Part shown: one piece after another, positions 50,257 to 62,204 of the stretch | Position numbering within the stretch: position 1 is the stretch's first letter | Layout: each line of letters opens with the position of its first letter | Made by a program: the position numbers and the translations under genes | The notes under the pieces: generated by a model | Databases searched by the model: none | What the model was told of the DNA's origin: nothing | The model's input: the letters and a program-made list of their open reading frames with translations, nothing else | Assembly: GCF_018350175.1 (NCBI RefSeq) | Contig: NC_058368.1 | Location: forward strand, 182,096,001-182,160,000 | DNA from: Felis catus | Lineage: Eukaryota | Direction: 5' to 3' | Length of the DNA stretch: 64,000 nt

Positions 50257-52244
50257 GGGGAGTGCTGGGAAGATGGTGGAGTAGGAGGACACTAAGCCCA
50301 TCCAGACCCATGTTTACAATTAGATATCCCTCACATCCAAGTCAATAAACCAGAGAGGGAAGACTGGCAGAATAAGCTCCACAGGTACATGTAGAGAAGA
50401 AGCCATGTGGGAAAGATTAGGAAGGGCAGAAAATGGTAGTCAGGAGCTGTCCTCAGGAGGGAAGGAGTGGACAGAGGAAAGCACCAGGGAGCCCACACAG
50501 GGAAAACCAGTCCCCAAAAAGTGTGGTCTTAAAAACCAGAGGGGCTGAATTCTGTGAGTTTGTACAACCAACCAGTGGGACTTGAAGCCTGGAGCTTTAA
50601 AAGTCAGCTGACCCAGCACCTGGAGGTGGTAAGTGATAGCCCAGTCCGTGCCCATAAAGAGACAATAGCCAAAGGAGAGGCAACATAGAAAGGACAGCTT
50701 GTGCAACAGGAGAGAGATCTGCTTATACTGATTTCAGAGCTTACTGGGGACTTATCTGGGAACAGAAGAGCTAGTGGGTGCCATTTTCCTCCCCCACCCT
50801 CCAGCATGAACACAGAGCCACCTGTGGGCAGTGGCACTGCATGACACTTGCTACTTAACTTGCTAATAGTGAGCGCCACCCACAGGTTCTCTTGACTTGC
50901 TTACTCCAACCCTGCTGGCTTTGGTCCTAGGCTCAGTGCAGTTTTTGTTAATACTGCATGCACCCAACCCAGCTGCTGCCTCTGAGGGCCATGCCCTTGT
51001 GCTTTCAGAAATCTGGCCTAGGACTAGTGTCTCAGCACAAATTTTGCTTATGCTGCACACATCCTGCCCAGCCGCTACATGCACAGACTTTGTATGCCTC
51101 AGCCACCATGCTCAATACCCAGCTGCCCTCACACAGATGCCATGTTCCCTTGGCCACCACCACATTTCCGGGGAGCTCAGGATTAGTTACTCAATGCAAA
51201 TTTTGCTAACGCCCTGTGCACTCTTGCCCAGCCACTGTGTGCACAGATGCCATGTACCCCAACCACCACTCCTGTCCGCTATAGCCTGGTGGCTACCCAC
51301 TACTAGGGTACCCAGACTCAGACCAATGTCTCAGTACAAATTTTACTAACACTGCTGCACTGCCCTTGAGCCTTTCTCCTGTAAAGCTTCCTCAGAACTG
51401 GCTTGCCTGGATGTCACTAACATCACTGAGAACAAGCATAGTCTACAACAAGCAGAGAGTCAGTGCAGATGTCTGGACTGAAAGGAAAAGCAACTCAGAC
51501 ACAATAGCAGGACACAACCAATACATATTGGAGACTCCCCTGAAGCGCTAGGTTCTGGCGAACAGGGGACACTGCACGGCAGGGCACTAAAGGACCTCTT
51601 CTTCATAAAGCCACTACTTTCAAGAGCAGAAGATGTAGGTGACTTTCCTAATACAGAGAAACAGACACAGGGAGGAAGACAAAAGGGGGAGACAGAGAAA
51701 TATATCCCAAATGAAAGAACATGACAAAATCACAGCAGGAGACCTAAGCAAAAGAAAAATCAGTAATATGCCTGATACAGAAGTTAAACTAATGATCATA
51801 AGGATACTCACTAGAGTTCAGAAAAAAAGTGTAGGACATCTGTGAGACCCTCAACAAAGAGATAAAAAATAACAAATCAGAGATAAAGAACTCAAGAAGT
51901 GAAATTAAAAATATAATTGATGGAATAAATAGTAGGCTACAGGAAGCTAAGGAATGTATCAGTGACTTGGTGGAAAAAGTAATGGAAAGCAATCAAGCTG
52001 AGCAGGTAAGAGACAAATAAATACTGCATAATGAGAACAGACTTAGATAACTCAGTGACTCCAGCAAACATAATAATGTCTGCATGATAGGGATCTCAAA
52101 AGGAGAAGAGAGTGAAAGGGGGGCAGAAAATGTATTTGAAGAAATAATAGCTGAAAACTTCCCAAATCTGGGGAAGGAAACAGATATCCCCCAACAAATT
52201 CAACCCAAGGAGGTCCACACCAAGACACATAGTAATTAAAATAG

Positions 52245-52286
<42 letters not shown>

Positions 52287-53960
52287 TATATACATATGTG
52301 TGTGTGTGTATATATATATACACACACACATATGTATATAGTTATATATACATATACGATGTATATATATGTATATATATACACACACATATATGTATAT
52401 AGTAATAAAAAAAAGTTTTAAAGATTGCAAGAGAAGAGAGCTACATAAAAAAGAAACCTAATAAGGCGATTAATTGGTTTTTCAACAGAAACTTTATAGG
52501 CCAGAAGAGTGTGCATAATGTATTCAAAGTACTGAAAGGGAAAACTCTGCAGCCAAGAATACTTTACCCAACAAGTTTATCATTCAAAATAGGAGGGATA
52601 AAGAGTTTCCCAGACAAACAAAAGTTAAAAGATTTCATGACCACTAACCCAGCCCTATAAGAAATGTTAAGGGGGACCCTGTGAGTGGAAAGCAAAAACC
52701 ATAAGTAAGAGTAAGAAAAATAGGAAGCATAAAATAGAAGGATGTAAAAGATGACACAAATATCTGAAACACAGAGGGGAGAGGAGTAAAGAATGAGTTC
52801 AAATGATGGATTGCTATATGCAGAGGATGTTATGTGTAAACAAGATGATAACTACAAATCAAAAACAAATGTTAATAGATACTCAAAATATAGAGTAAGA
52901 AACCCAAATATACTACTAAAGAAAACCAGCAAACCGGGAAAGAAAGAGAAGAAAGGATCAGAGAAAAACTACAAAACCAACCACAAACCAAATAACAAAA
53001 TGGAAATAAATACATATCTATCAATAATTGCTTTGAATGTAAATGGACTATATGCCCCAATCAAAAGACATAGGGCGACAGAGCATATAAGAAAATAAGA
53101 CCCATCTATATGCTGCCTACAAGAGACTCATTTTAAGCCTAAAGACATGAAGCCACAATGATATATCACCTCACACCTGACAGAATGGCTAAAATCAAAA
53201 ACACAAAAAACAACGTGCTGGCAAGGCTATAGAGAAAAAGGAACCTTCTTGCACTGTTGGTAAAAACTTAAACTGGTGCAGCCATTATGGAAAACAGTAT
53301 GGAGATTCCTCTAAAAGTTAAAGATATAACTACTCTAAGATCCAGTAATTGCCCTACTGGGCATTTACCACAGAAAAACAAAATCACTAATTCAAAGGGA
53401 TACATGCACCCTTATGTTTATGACAGTGTTATTTACAATACCCAAATTATAGAAGCAGCCCAAGTATCCATCAATAAATTAATGGATAAAGAAGATGTGG
53501 TATATATACACAATGGAATATGATTCAGCTATAAAAAATAATGAAATCTTGCCTTTTGTGATGACATGGATGGATCTAGAGAGTATAATGGTAAGTGAAA
53601 TAAGTCAGTCAGAGAATGGCAAATAGCATATGATTTCATTCATATGTGGAATTTAAGAAACAAACAAACAAAAAATTGAGCAAAATAAAGAAAAAGAGAG
53701 AGAAACCAAGAAACAGACTCCTAACTGTAGAGAACAAACTCATGGTTACCAGAGGGGAGGTGGGTAGGGGAATGGGTGAAGTAGGTAATGGGGATTAAGG
53801 AGTGCACTTGTGATGAGTACAGGGTGATGTATGGAAATGTTGAATCCCTATATTGTACACCTGAAACTAACATAACACTGTGCGTTAATTATACTAGAAT
53901 TTAAAATAAAATAAAATAAAATAAAATAAAATAAAATAAAATATAAAAAAAGAAAAAAAG
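50257..53960 (+). mobile_element. Carnivore L1 with 5'UTR, decayed ORF1, a large internal ORF2 deletion, 3'UTR and tail
   Basis: 5' start 'gggaagatggtggagtaggaggac'; ORF1 remnant RQRNISQMKEHDK..ISNMPDTEVKLMIIRILT; ORF2 start MEINTYLSIIALNVNGLYAPIKRHR (53000) joined at ~53147 to the ORF2 C-terminal sequence 'ccacaatgatatatcacctcacacc'; (AAAAT)n tail. Confidence 0.93.
52248..52402. repeat. Compound (TA)n/(TG)n/(CA)n microsatellite inside L1 ORF1
   Basis: Directly visible. Confidence 0.95.
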
Positions 53961-54522
53961 ATGACCTTACAATAAAAACTTAAAAAGTTAAACAAAGCAC
54001 CAAAAAATATATATGTAATAGATTACCACTATTGTGAAGATTACCAGTTTCACAATTTCAGAGCATATCAGTAAAAACATTAAAAAAAATTGCACAGAAT
54101 CTAGACTACCTGGGAGGAAGCCTATAAATCCAGGTGTCTAAAACTGAGTATACAATTGGGATATTTAAAAGATGCTTACCATAGTATCTTTTAAACAAGT
54201 GTGATTAATGACCTTCTTGCTTTCATATGGAAAATGGACAAAGAAGATTTGCCAAGAAAGAGAACAAAAATCTATAGCCTCTGGAATTTGAAACTTACAA
54301 GGTTGCTTCTGCCAGCATGCCCTAAGGAGACCAAATGTAGTGATAGTCCTGTGTTGGAGAAATGCTTTCTTCACTTTGCAATAGCAACTCAGTCTTCAAT
54401 TCTCATCTACTATAGCCTTAGAAGCTGATGTGCTAAGGTATATAAGAGAATGAGGAGGTAGTTCACAGTCTGCTTTCTGTAGCCTGAAAAATCACCCCCT
54501 ATCCCAATGTTAAAAATAGGGG

Positions 54523-54750
54523 TGGGAACGCCTGGGTGGCTTAGTCAGTTAAACATCAAACTTCAGCTCAAGACATGATCTTGCGGTTCATGGGTTTGAG
54601 CTCCACATTAGGCTCTGTGCTGACAGCTCAGACACTGGAGCCTGTTTTGGATTCTGTGTCCCTGTCTCTCTCTCCGCCCCTCCCCTGCTCATGCTCTCTC
54701 TCTCTCTCTCTTTTTCAAAAATAAATTAACATTAAAAAATTAAAAAAACA
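54523..54750 (+). mobile_element. Can-SINE
   Basis: Head, (CT)n, A-tail; approximate TSD aaat(a)ggggtg. Confidence 0.92.
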
Positions 54751-54914
54751 AATGGGGTGGTGTCCCCAGCGTATGAATTCTGCCATTTAGATTCATTTAT
54801 TAGGCTGCTTCTCTAAGTTAACTGATCCCATCATTTTCTTTTAAAAGAAGACATTCTGTTGGTAATACCTTATATGTCATAAATTTTGGTGTAAATTTTT
54901 ATTACTGCTAAATA

Positions 54915-55175
54915 TATTAGCTATTATTTACTGAGCCTTATTTTGTGTTAGACATACATTGTATTAACACTTTACAAATATTATCTAATTTAATTTCACA
55001 GCAAACCTAAGAAGAGGAAAGGAGAATTTTACTACTAACTTTTCTACTTACATGGTAATGCTTAGACAGCATGTATTAATCCCTCATGTCACACAGTTAT
55101 TATGGGACAGAGTTGGAATCTGAGCTCAAGTCTGCAGGGCTCCACAATCCATGCGATTAAGCTAACCACTGTACT
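54915..55175 (-). mobile_element. MIR
   Basis: 'atttactgagccttattttgtgttagac...gtcacacagttattatgggacagagttggaatctgagctcaagtctg'. Confidence 0.7.
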
Positions 55176-55944
55176 CTACTGACTTTCCTATTATTTTAGG
55201 TTGATTTCGTCCTGGCCTGGAGACCTAGTCCCTATGAAACATTTATTTGGGGTCACTGAACTGCTGATCTGGTTGCCATGTCTGTTTGACATCTGGGGTA
55301 TTTTGGAAGGAGGTCATTTCAGAAGGGATTGTTTTCAGAGGAAGGGATTGCTGAAGAAGCAAGCAGAGTCTTAAAATCAGAAAACTCCCGAGATTCGCTG
55401 GATGGAAAACACAGGATGAAATTTTCAATGTACACATGCAGTCCAAATTCTTCTTGTTAGGTCTGACATGGAGCACTATTTCCATACTGTACATTAATAA
55501 GGCAATTTTCTTGGAAAAAAATAAATGGGGATGCTTGCATGGCTTATTCAACTCAATTTCTATGGGAATACAGTGGTTTGGTGCACTAGGAAGAAGGATG
55601 GAACCCTTCCGCAGCAGGGCTCTTAACTTGGAGGTTCACTGCTGACCTTTAACATATATTTTTTATAAGTTCCCTTAAATCCACAGTGTGGTGAAAACAA
55701 CCTTCCTGCTATTCAGTTCTCTAGGGCTTCTGTGCTCATGTTGCGCTAGTCATGTTGCATTAGATGTCCTAACTAAGAGGAATTTAGGTGATGCATCATA
55801 ATGAGAAACCCTAGGAGGAGAATTCAAAAAGGAGGAAATGACAGGTGGAATGCAAAGAACTCTGCACGTGGAAATTACAGACAAATGATTCTCATGGAGA
55901 CGCCTTCCCATTGCTTCATGATGCTGAAAGCACACAGTTTTGAT

Positions 55945-56620
55945 TTAATTCTAAACATGTTTCCTGGCTATCTGAAAGGCACTCTATTAAGCATAGAGTG
56001 TGTATAAAGATGAACTCAACATGATCCTTGCCTTTGAGGGCTGATAATCAAGTGCAGGAGAAAGACATGCCCACAAAGGGGCAGTAATTATCATATAGTG
56101 GTTCAGAGGATGGATTGGGGTTCAAATGGACTCGGAGTTGTATCCTGGCTCTGCCATTTATTAGCTACTAGTTCTTGATCAAGTTGTTTGTCTTTGCTAA
56201 GCACCAGTTTCCTTATCCATAAGATGGCAAAAATTGTACTTATTATAGGGTTGTTTGGACAAGGACTATGCATAGTGTCTGATTCATAGCAATTACTCTG
56301 TAAACTTGTAATCTATTGTTGGAAGTAACATCAGTAATAATAATCAAGGGTTGTCTGAGTTAAGTAGATTAAATGAAGGCAGTATAAGGTACTGTGACTA
56401 TAGAGAGGAGGAAGGAGCAATTCTTAATTAGATTAGGGAAGTCTTTATGAGTTAAAAGATGGCACCTAAAATACGAGTGGGGAGGATGTGAACAGGAATG
56501 AATAATATTGATGATGAAAATGTCAGAGAAAATAAAAGTCATAGAAGTAAAAATGAAGGATGTGTTCTTAGAAGAGTCAGGTAGTCTGATTTGGGGAGGG
56601 CAAAGGACCATAGGGTAGGC
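55945..56620 (-). mobile_element. L2 remnant interrupted by a MIR
   Basis: 'catgatccttgcctttgagggctgataatcaagtg', then 'ttagggaagtctttatgag'. Confidence 0.55.
56092..56320 (+). mobile_element. MIR
   Basis: 'tcctggctctgccatttattagcta...cttgatcaagtt...cagtttccttatccataagatgg'. Confidence 0.8.
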
Positions 56621-56656
56621 TGTGACTGTAGGTATTGACCAAAGACTGGAACACTA

Positions 56657-56753
56657 CGGTGCTCAGTTGGTTAAGTGTCCAACTCTTGATTTCAGCTCAG
56701 GTCATGGTCTCATGGTTTGTGAGGTCGAGCCTGTGTTAGGCTCTGCCTAACAG
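56657..56753 (+). mobile_element. Can-SINE head only (no (CT)n or A-tail)
   Basis: 'gctcagttggttaagtgtccaactcttgatttcagctcaggtcatggtctcatggtttgtgaggtcgagcc'. Confidence 0.85.
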
Positions 56754-57105
56754 ATTTCTGATTAATAGAGAAAACAGGGGAGCCCACACTGAAGTGCCAT
56801 TTCATCTAAGACTCAAAAAAGATAAAGGTACAGATATGCTTGGATGTCAGATGGTAGCGATTTGAGTTTTTCCTCTCAGTTCCCTGTTCATCCATCATGA
56901 GACTCTGTTGAATTCTTGACTTTAGTTTGCCATGAGATACCTTTGAAGCCCTCTAGTAATTTCTCTTTTTGTGCTCCATCTGATTTGAATCAGTTTTGTT
57001 TCTAGTATCATACCGTAGCCTATTCTTTATTTCTTGCAAATGAAGAACCGTGACCACCACTAGAAAACTGGATCGGAGATATTCTAATATCTACCACAAT
57101 GTTAT

Positions 57106-57109
<4 letters not shown>

Positions 57110-57147
<38 letters not shown>
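57110..57147. repeat. (TG)n
   Basis: Directly visible. Confidence 0.97.
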
Positions 57148-57150
<3 letters not shown>

Positions 57151-57569
57151 AGAATATTGTGTCTTGATATTGGTTACTGAAAAAAAAAATCATGATACTG
57201 GAGCTGGACTGAGACTGAAGCTTTTTGTTTCCTGTGATTTACCATCATCTACACATGAAACCTTCCTTTAAAAAAGAAATTTCAAATGAGAGAAGAAAGA
57301 TCTTTAACTGGAGAAAAATAACACTGTGAACACAGATGCGGATATTTAGTCTTAATGTGAAATGACCACTAAAAGCTAAAGGTCTCTTTTCATAATGTAT
57401 CCCTCATTGACAGGCAGCAGTGTGAAAGCAAAGCTTGTTTTAATGTGAGCGGAGTGTCTCACACTCTGCAGACACTCAATCAATAATTGTGGAATGAATG
57501 TTGAAAGCCTATTTTTCTGCAGCTACTGGTATACAAGTGTTCTTGCTTTTATTTTGTTTCCTATTTATT

Positions 57570-58017
57570 TGGTGGTTGTTTATTCTTCCTGCCCTACATC
57601 CAATTTCCCCTCTTTTAATAAGAGTATACAGATTTTTCTAGGGGAATTGCTTTTCTAAGTGTTGTTGCTCTTGACACTGAAGAGCCCCGACCTAACCAGG
57701 ACAGAGGATATGTGACCCCAGACCAGTCACACTGTGTCTCCTGGACATGTGAATTCTGAGTGTGATAATGCAGAAGAAGGAAATTGTAGGAATTGATTCT
57801 CTCGTGTGCTATTCCCCTGTTGTGGCAACCCATCAAATCCCATTTTCTAGATACATCAGTGTCACCCTGGTTCCTGTATTTCCCAGTGTTCAGTTGCTTG
57901 GCATTTCCCAGCTCTTCTTTTAATTCTACCCCATAGTTACCAACCAACAAAACAACAACAACAAATCCTCATTATTTTATTGTCAATTTTTCTACAAATG
58001 AAAGAAACCTAACAGAT
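57570..58017 (+). mobile_element. Old ERVL/MaLR LTR (LTR33-like)
   Basis: 'ctgccctacatccaatttcccctctttt', 'ggatatgtgaccccagaccagtca' and an end resembling '...aaagaaacctaacagat'. Confidence 0.5.
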
Positions 58018-58104
58018 GGACTTTTGAAGAAGAGCAACGTGGGATATCTCGGAGACTGTGACACATGTGAGGGCCATCCTTTACCACTCAAGCCAGAATT
58101 CTAT

Positions 58105-58270
58105 ACTTCTCTCACTCGGGATCCCTGAAACTTCTAAACCTAATCCTCCTTAATACCAGTGGGCCATTCTCTCAGGGGTTTTGGGCTTTGCCAGTACTTT
58201 GCCATGTCTGCCTCTCTGTAATTTAGGTTTCCTGTTACTGAGTGCTCATATTGTATTTTAGGTGCAGACA
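58105..58270 (+). repeat. Diverged direct repeat, copy 1
   Basis: Shares gggatccctgaaac, ggccattct, tgggctttgcca, ctgcctctctgtaa and ctgttactgagtg, in order, with 62205-62370. Confidence 0.9.
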
Positions 58271-59244
58271 TCTTCAATAAACTAACTGAAATAACATTCT
58301 AATACTTAATCATTAAGACAATGCATGGCTTTCTCCGATTAGAGGGTTACAGAGTGATGCTGGGAAATTGCTAAGCCCTGTTTCTGAGAACTAGGGAAGG
58401 TCAGAGACAGTTGCTTACACATCCCTTAAAATGTAACAAATCCCTGCTCCTATCTGCTGCTATCCCCTTTCCAAAGAAGGGGAATGAGATCTGAATTGGT
58501 TTACAAAATGAAGCACAAATGGTTATCCTTAAAATCATTTCTGTTTTCTTTTTTCTCTAGCTTTTCAGTGAAGAGAGTGGAAAGAGATACATGGGCTACT
58601 TTAACCAAAAGGTGGACACAGAAACATCTTCATTTTTCACTTTAGCAAGTATTGGGAGAGGTAAGTGCAGGTAATACAGAACATGCCTCAGAGCTCTCAG
58701 TCCGATATCTGTATCCCTGAGATATAGTTACTAGAACAATACAATGATAGCACCTGATGCTTTCAGCAGCCTTAAGGATTGCGCCACATTTCCACCAACA
58801 CCTTCTGCATCCTGCCTCTCAAATGGTCAGCATATCAGTCATCCCACCTCTCCTTGCTTTTCTCCAGTGGTGGGATCATCCATCTATAGCAGGCAGCTCA
58901 TTTTGCTTTTAGATAAGTCCATTTTTTTAAATGTTCTATTTTAATGTATAAGCTCCTTATAATTTTTACTCAGTGGTCTTGGATCTACTCTCTCAAGTAA
59001 CACAGAACTCCCTGTATCATTGAAACATATTTGAAGTTAGACTCAGACAAAAATCTACTAGCTTCTCCTGAAAGCCTAAATGGTAAGTTCCTAATAGCCC
59101 AAACAAACTAATTAGGAATTGCAATTTAATTACACATTAATTACACACCATTTTCTCTTTAATTAGTGTCACTTAAGGTGAACTGTGACTACAAATTTGT
59201 TTCTATTGATTGTGATGGTAATAAAGCCCGACTTAGAGTAATAC

Positions 59245-59250
59245 CTTTTT

Positions 59251-59306
<56 letters not shown>

Positions 59307-59310
59307 TTAT
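59245..59310. repeat. (TTTC)n
   Basis: Directly visible. Confidence 0.95.
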
Positions 59311-60435
59311 TTTTTTAAACATTGCTCAATGGATTAGTGTGGTTTTACATTCCTTGCCTCCTTTCCTAGGGTATTGTACCAAGTGGATTAGAACTTCAAA
59401 TGCTACAAAGATACAAAAGCGCTTTACTGTAAAATCCAAGACACGGGTAATTATCACCCAGGTTTTTCAATGATTTTTTTGATGTTTAGGTGGAGCTTTG
59501 ACCAATATTTTTTTTTTAAAAGAGAGAATGAAAAAAAATATTTTCAGTGAGTAGATAATAGTCTTCAATGTCTCATCTATTGATTTTCTTCAGATGTTTA
59601 AAACCTCGGTATGACTTAAATTTTATGAAATGGGGTCACTGACATCTGAAAAAGTACAACAAAAATATATACTGAATATCCTGTGGCCTGAAACACATAA
59701 TTGCCTAATGAAAAGGTTATCCACTGTGTTAAGTCCATCACTGGCAGAAAATTTCTATTACTTCTAACAGAACAGGTTTGGCTGTATCTTCAAAGCGTTC
59801 AAATTTTATGTTGACTGGAATTTGTCCATGGGTATTACTATGTTCTATTACCAGCTTATGGTATCTAATTTATAAAGTCAATTTACATGTAAAGCTTTCT
59901 GTATTCTTTGTACTACTTAAATTCATCATAATATATTTATATTTCCTTTGTGAAATCACTTCCTGACTCCCAGCTATTCAACACATAACTTTTTAAACAA
60001 AAGAATCTAATTTAAATGTTTTTTTCCAATAAACCAATTCCAATTCAGCAACTCAGTCCATAAAACCTTATAAACATATTTCTCTTTAGTAGGATATATT
60101 CACAGGTTGGGAAAGATCATTCATTCAAGACCACTCTCAACATAGTGAATAATATTTTCTGGTGTTGTTAATAGCTAATACCAAAGCTCTCCATAATGGA
60201 TTGAGGGGCCTGAGAGAAATGAGACAGAGCAAACTGACATGAATTTTTAAAGTAGGAGGAAAGGGGGTTGGGAATAAAATTAGTAGTACCTAGAAAAAAT
60301 TCTCACCCTTAACTCTGGTGCTGCTGTGAAGGAGTGGTTTTATGTCTCATGGGTGGATGTATGCATATAACCTCTTCCCCACCCCCTACCCCCGCCCTAA
60401 TTTCTTCCCCTACGTCTGACAGAACGGCCACCATT

Positions 60436-60436
60436 T

Positions 60437-60468
<32 letters not shown>

Positions 60469-60693
60469 TTCTTCTTCTTCTTCTTCTTCTTCTTCTTTTT
60501 GGTATGTTTATTTATTTTTGAGACAGAAAGAGAGACAGATGTGAACAAGGGAGGGGGCAGAGAGAGAGGAAGACATGGAATCTGAGCAGGCTCCAGGCCC
60601 CGAGTTGTCAGCACAGAGCCCAAAGTGGGGTTTGAACCCATGAACTGCGAGATCGTGACATGAGCCCAAGTCAGGCTCTTAACCGACTGAGCT
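60436..60693 (-). mobile_element. Can-SINE, slightly 5'-truncated, with a (GAA)n tail
   Basis: Reverse SINE body 60497-60693 lacking the first ~14 nt of the head; flanks cagaa(c/t)ggcca. Confidence 0.92.
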
Positions 60694-62204
60694 CAGAATG
60701 GCCATCTTCTTACAGAATGGATATAAAGTTATTGCACTTGTGTAGTATAAGCCTGATGTATCAAAATATAGCAAATCATATTTCAATAAAGATAATTCTG
60801 GTTACCAATACAAAGGCCATCTATTCTTAAGACGGGGTTTCATTAGATATAATTTAAAATAAAACCATAGTGAGAATGATTTTCAGAAGGCCCTGTAGAA
60901 CATTTTTTTTCAAGTTCTGCTTTTCATCACTATGAATAACTGACGACTTTATAAGGAGCTACTTAGAATATTGTGAGTCTGTAGTTAATTTGAGAAGTAG
61001 AATTACCCAAAACTGGCAGACACTTTCTTCCTGCTATAATGCATTACATATAATACCAAGTGCAATGTATTTTAATGTACTGTAAATACCAAGACAACTC
61101 AGGAAGTAGAATCAATCCATCTCAATGGATATTGTGTGTGTGTGTATTATTTTATTAAAGAGCCTCATTAATTCATGGGAACTAGGCCAAAATTCCTACC
61201 TCCCAGTAAAGGTTTCTCTTTCTCTTACCTACATAGTTTCAGATGCTGACAAGTTAGATGGTATATAACTGAGATCTTAACTGGAGTAAAAAACAATAAA
61301 CAAGTTTTCAATGTCAACTGACAATTATATTGTTGAGTAGGAAGTTATTTAATCCATTTCTTTAGAATATTTTTTGTAAGTAGAATGTCAATGAAAAATT
61401 GTCCATTTGGAAACTACTTTCTTCAAATTTCTGATTTTATAACTTTAGGACCAAAACATCATTCGTTTTTAAGATGCTTTTCAATTGTCTGATACTCCTC
61501 ACAAACTGAAAACAATTTTTAAAACCCAGCTATGATTAATAATAATAATTTTTTTAAAACCTTCTCACATATATTCTATTTTCAGTTTGGAAATTATTCT
61601 TAGAACCCATACTAAAGAACAAGATTTTTCATAAATTGTATTTTTTTTTCAAAATAAAGCCAAACCTGTATTGATTTATTTGATGAGTTTAGAAGTACAA
61701 AGATTCAAAAGCAGAAGGATGGGGAAGGTTAAAGAATGAATTGTTTCTTTTAAAGTGCACTGGTAGTAGTACAAAGACAGATTGAGTTTCAGATTCTGAA
61801 TATGCAATCTCTACAGGAATTGTGTGAAGTCGTTTCTGCTGCTTCTTTTGTTTAATTATCTACAGTCTGAAAATGAGAATTGGGAATGACAGTTTGGTTT
61901 CTCTCTGAACAATTCACATAACATGCCTGCAAAATGGGAAAACAACTCTACTTTCAGATTATTTGATATGCCTGGTTTAGACCTTATCGAAATAAAATGG
62001 GTATGAAACTGAAGAGAACTGAAATTAATCAGAAACCTAACTCAGTCATTTGGCAAAACATGCATTAGGTTCTTTGATCCCTGAAAGATATTTTTTCATG
62101 GACTAAAGGTTGACAGGAGACATTCAGGGTTGTTTTAGAAAGTATAGCTCTCTTAATGTCCTGTGATTAAAATCTTCTCAGATACTTCCTTTGTCTATTT
62201 TTCC

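Noticed and set aside
50897..51349. Longest ORF in the window (150 aa)
   Set aside because: It lies in the repetitive L1 5'UTR, starts at a non-ATG codon and has no recognisable domain.
50930..51365. Repeat-spacer-like pattern as a CRISPR-like array
   Set aside because: Units are degenerate and unevenly spaced, lie within a mammalian L1, and there are no cas genes.
60309..60641. Poly-Lys and poly-Phe ORFs
   Set aside because: They are translations of the (GAA/TTC)n SINE tail.
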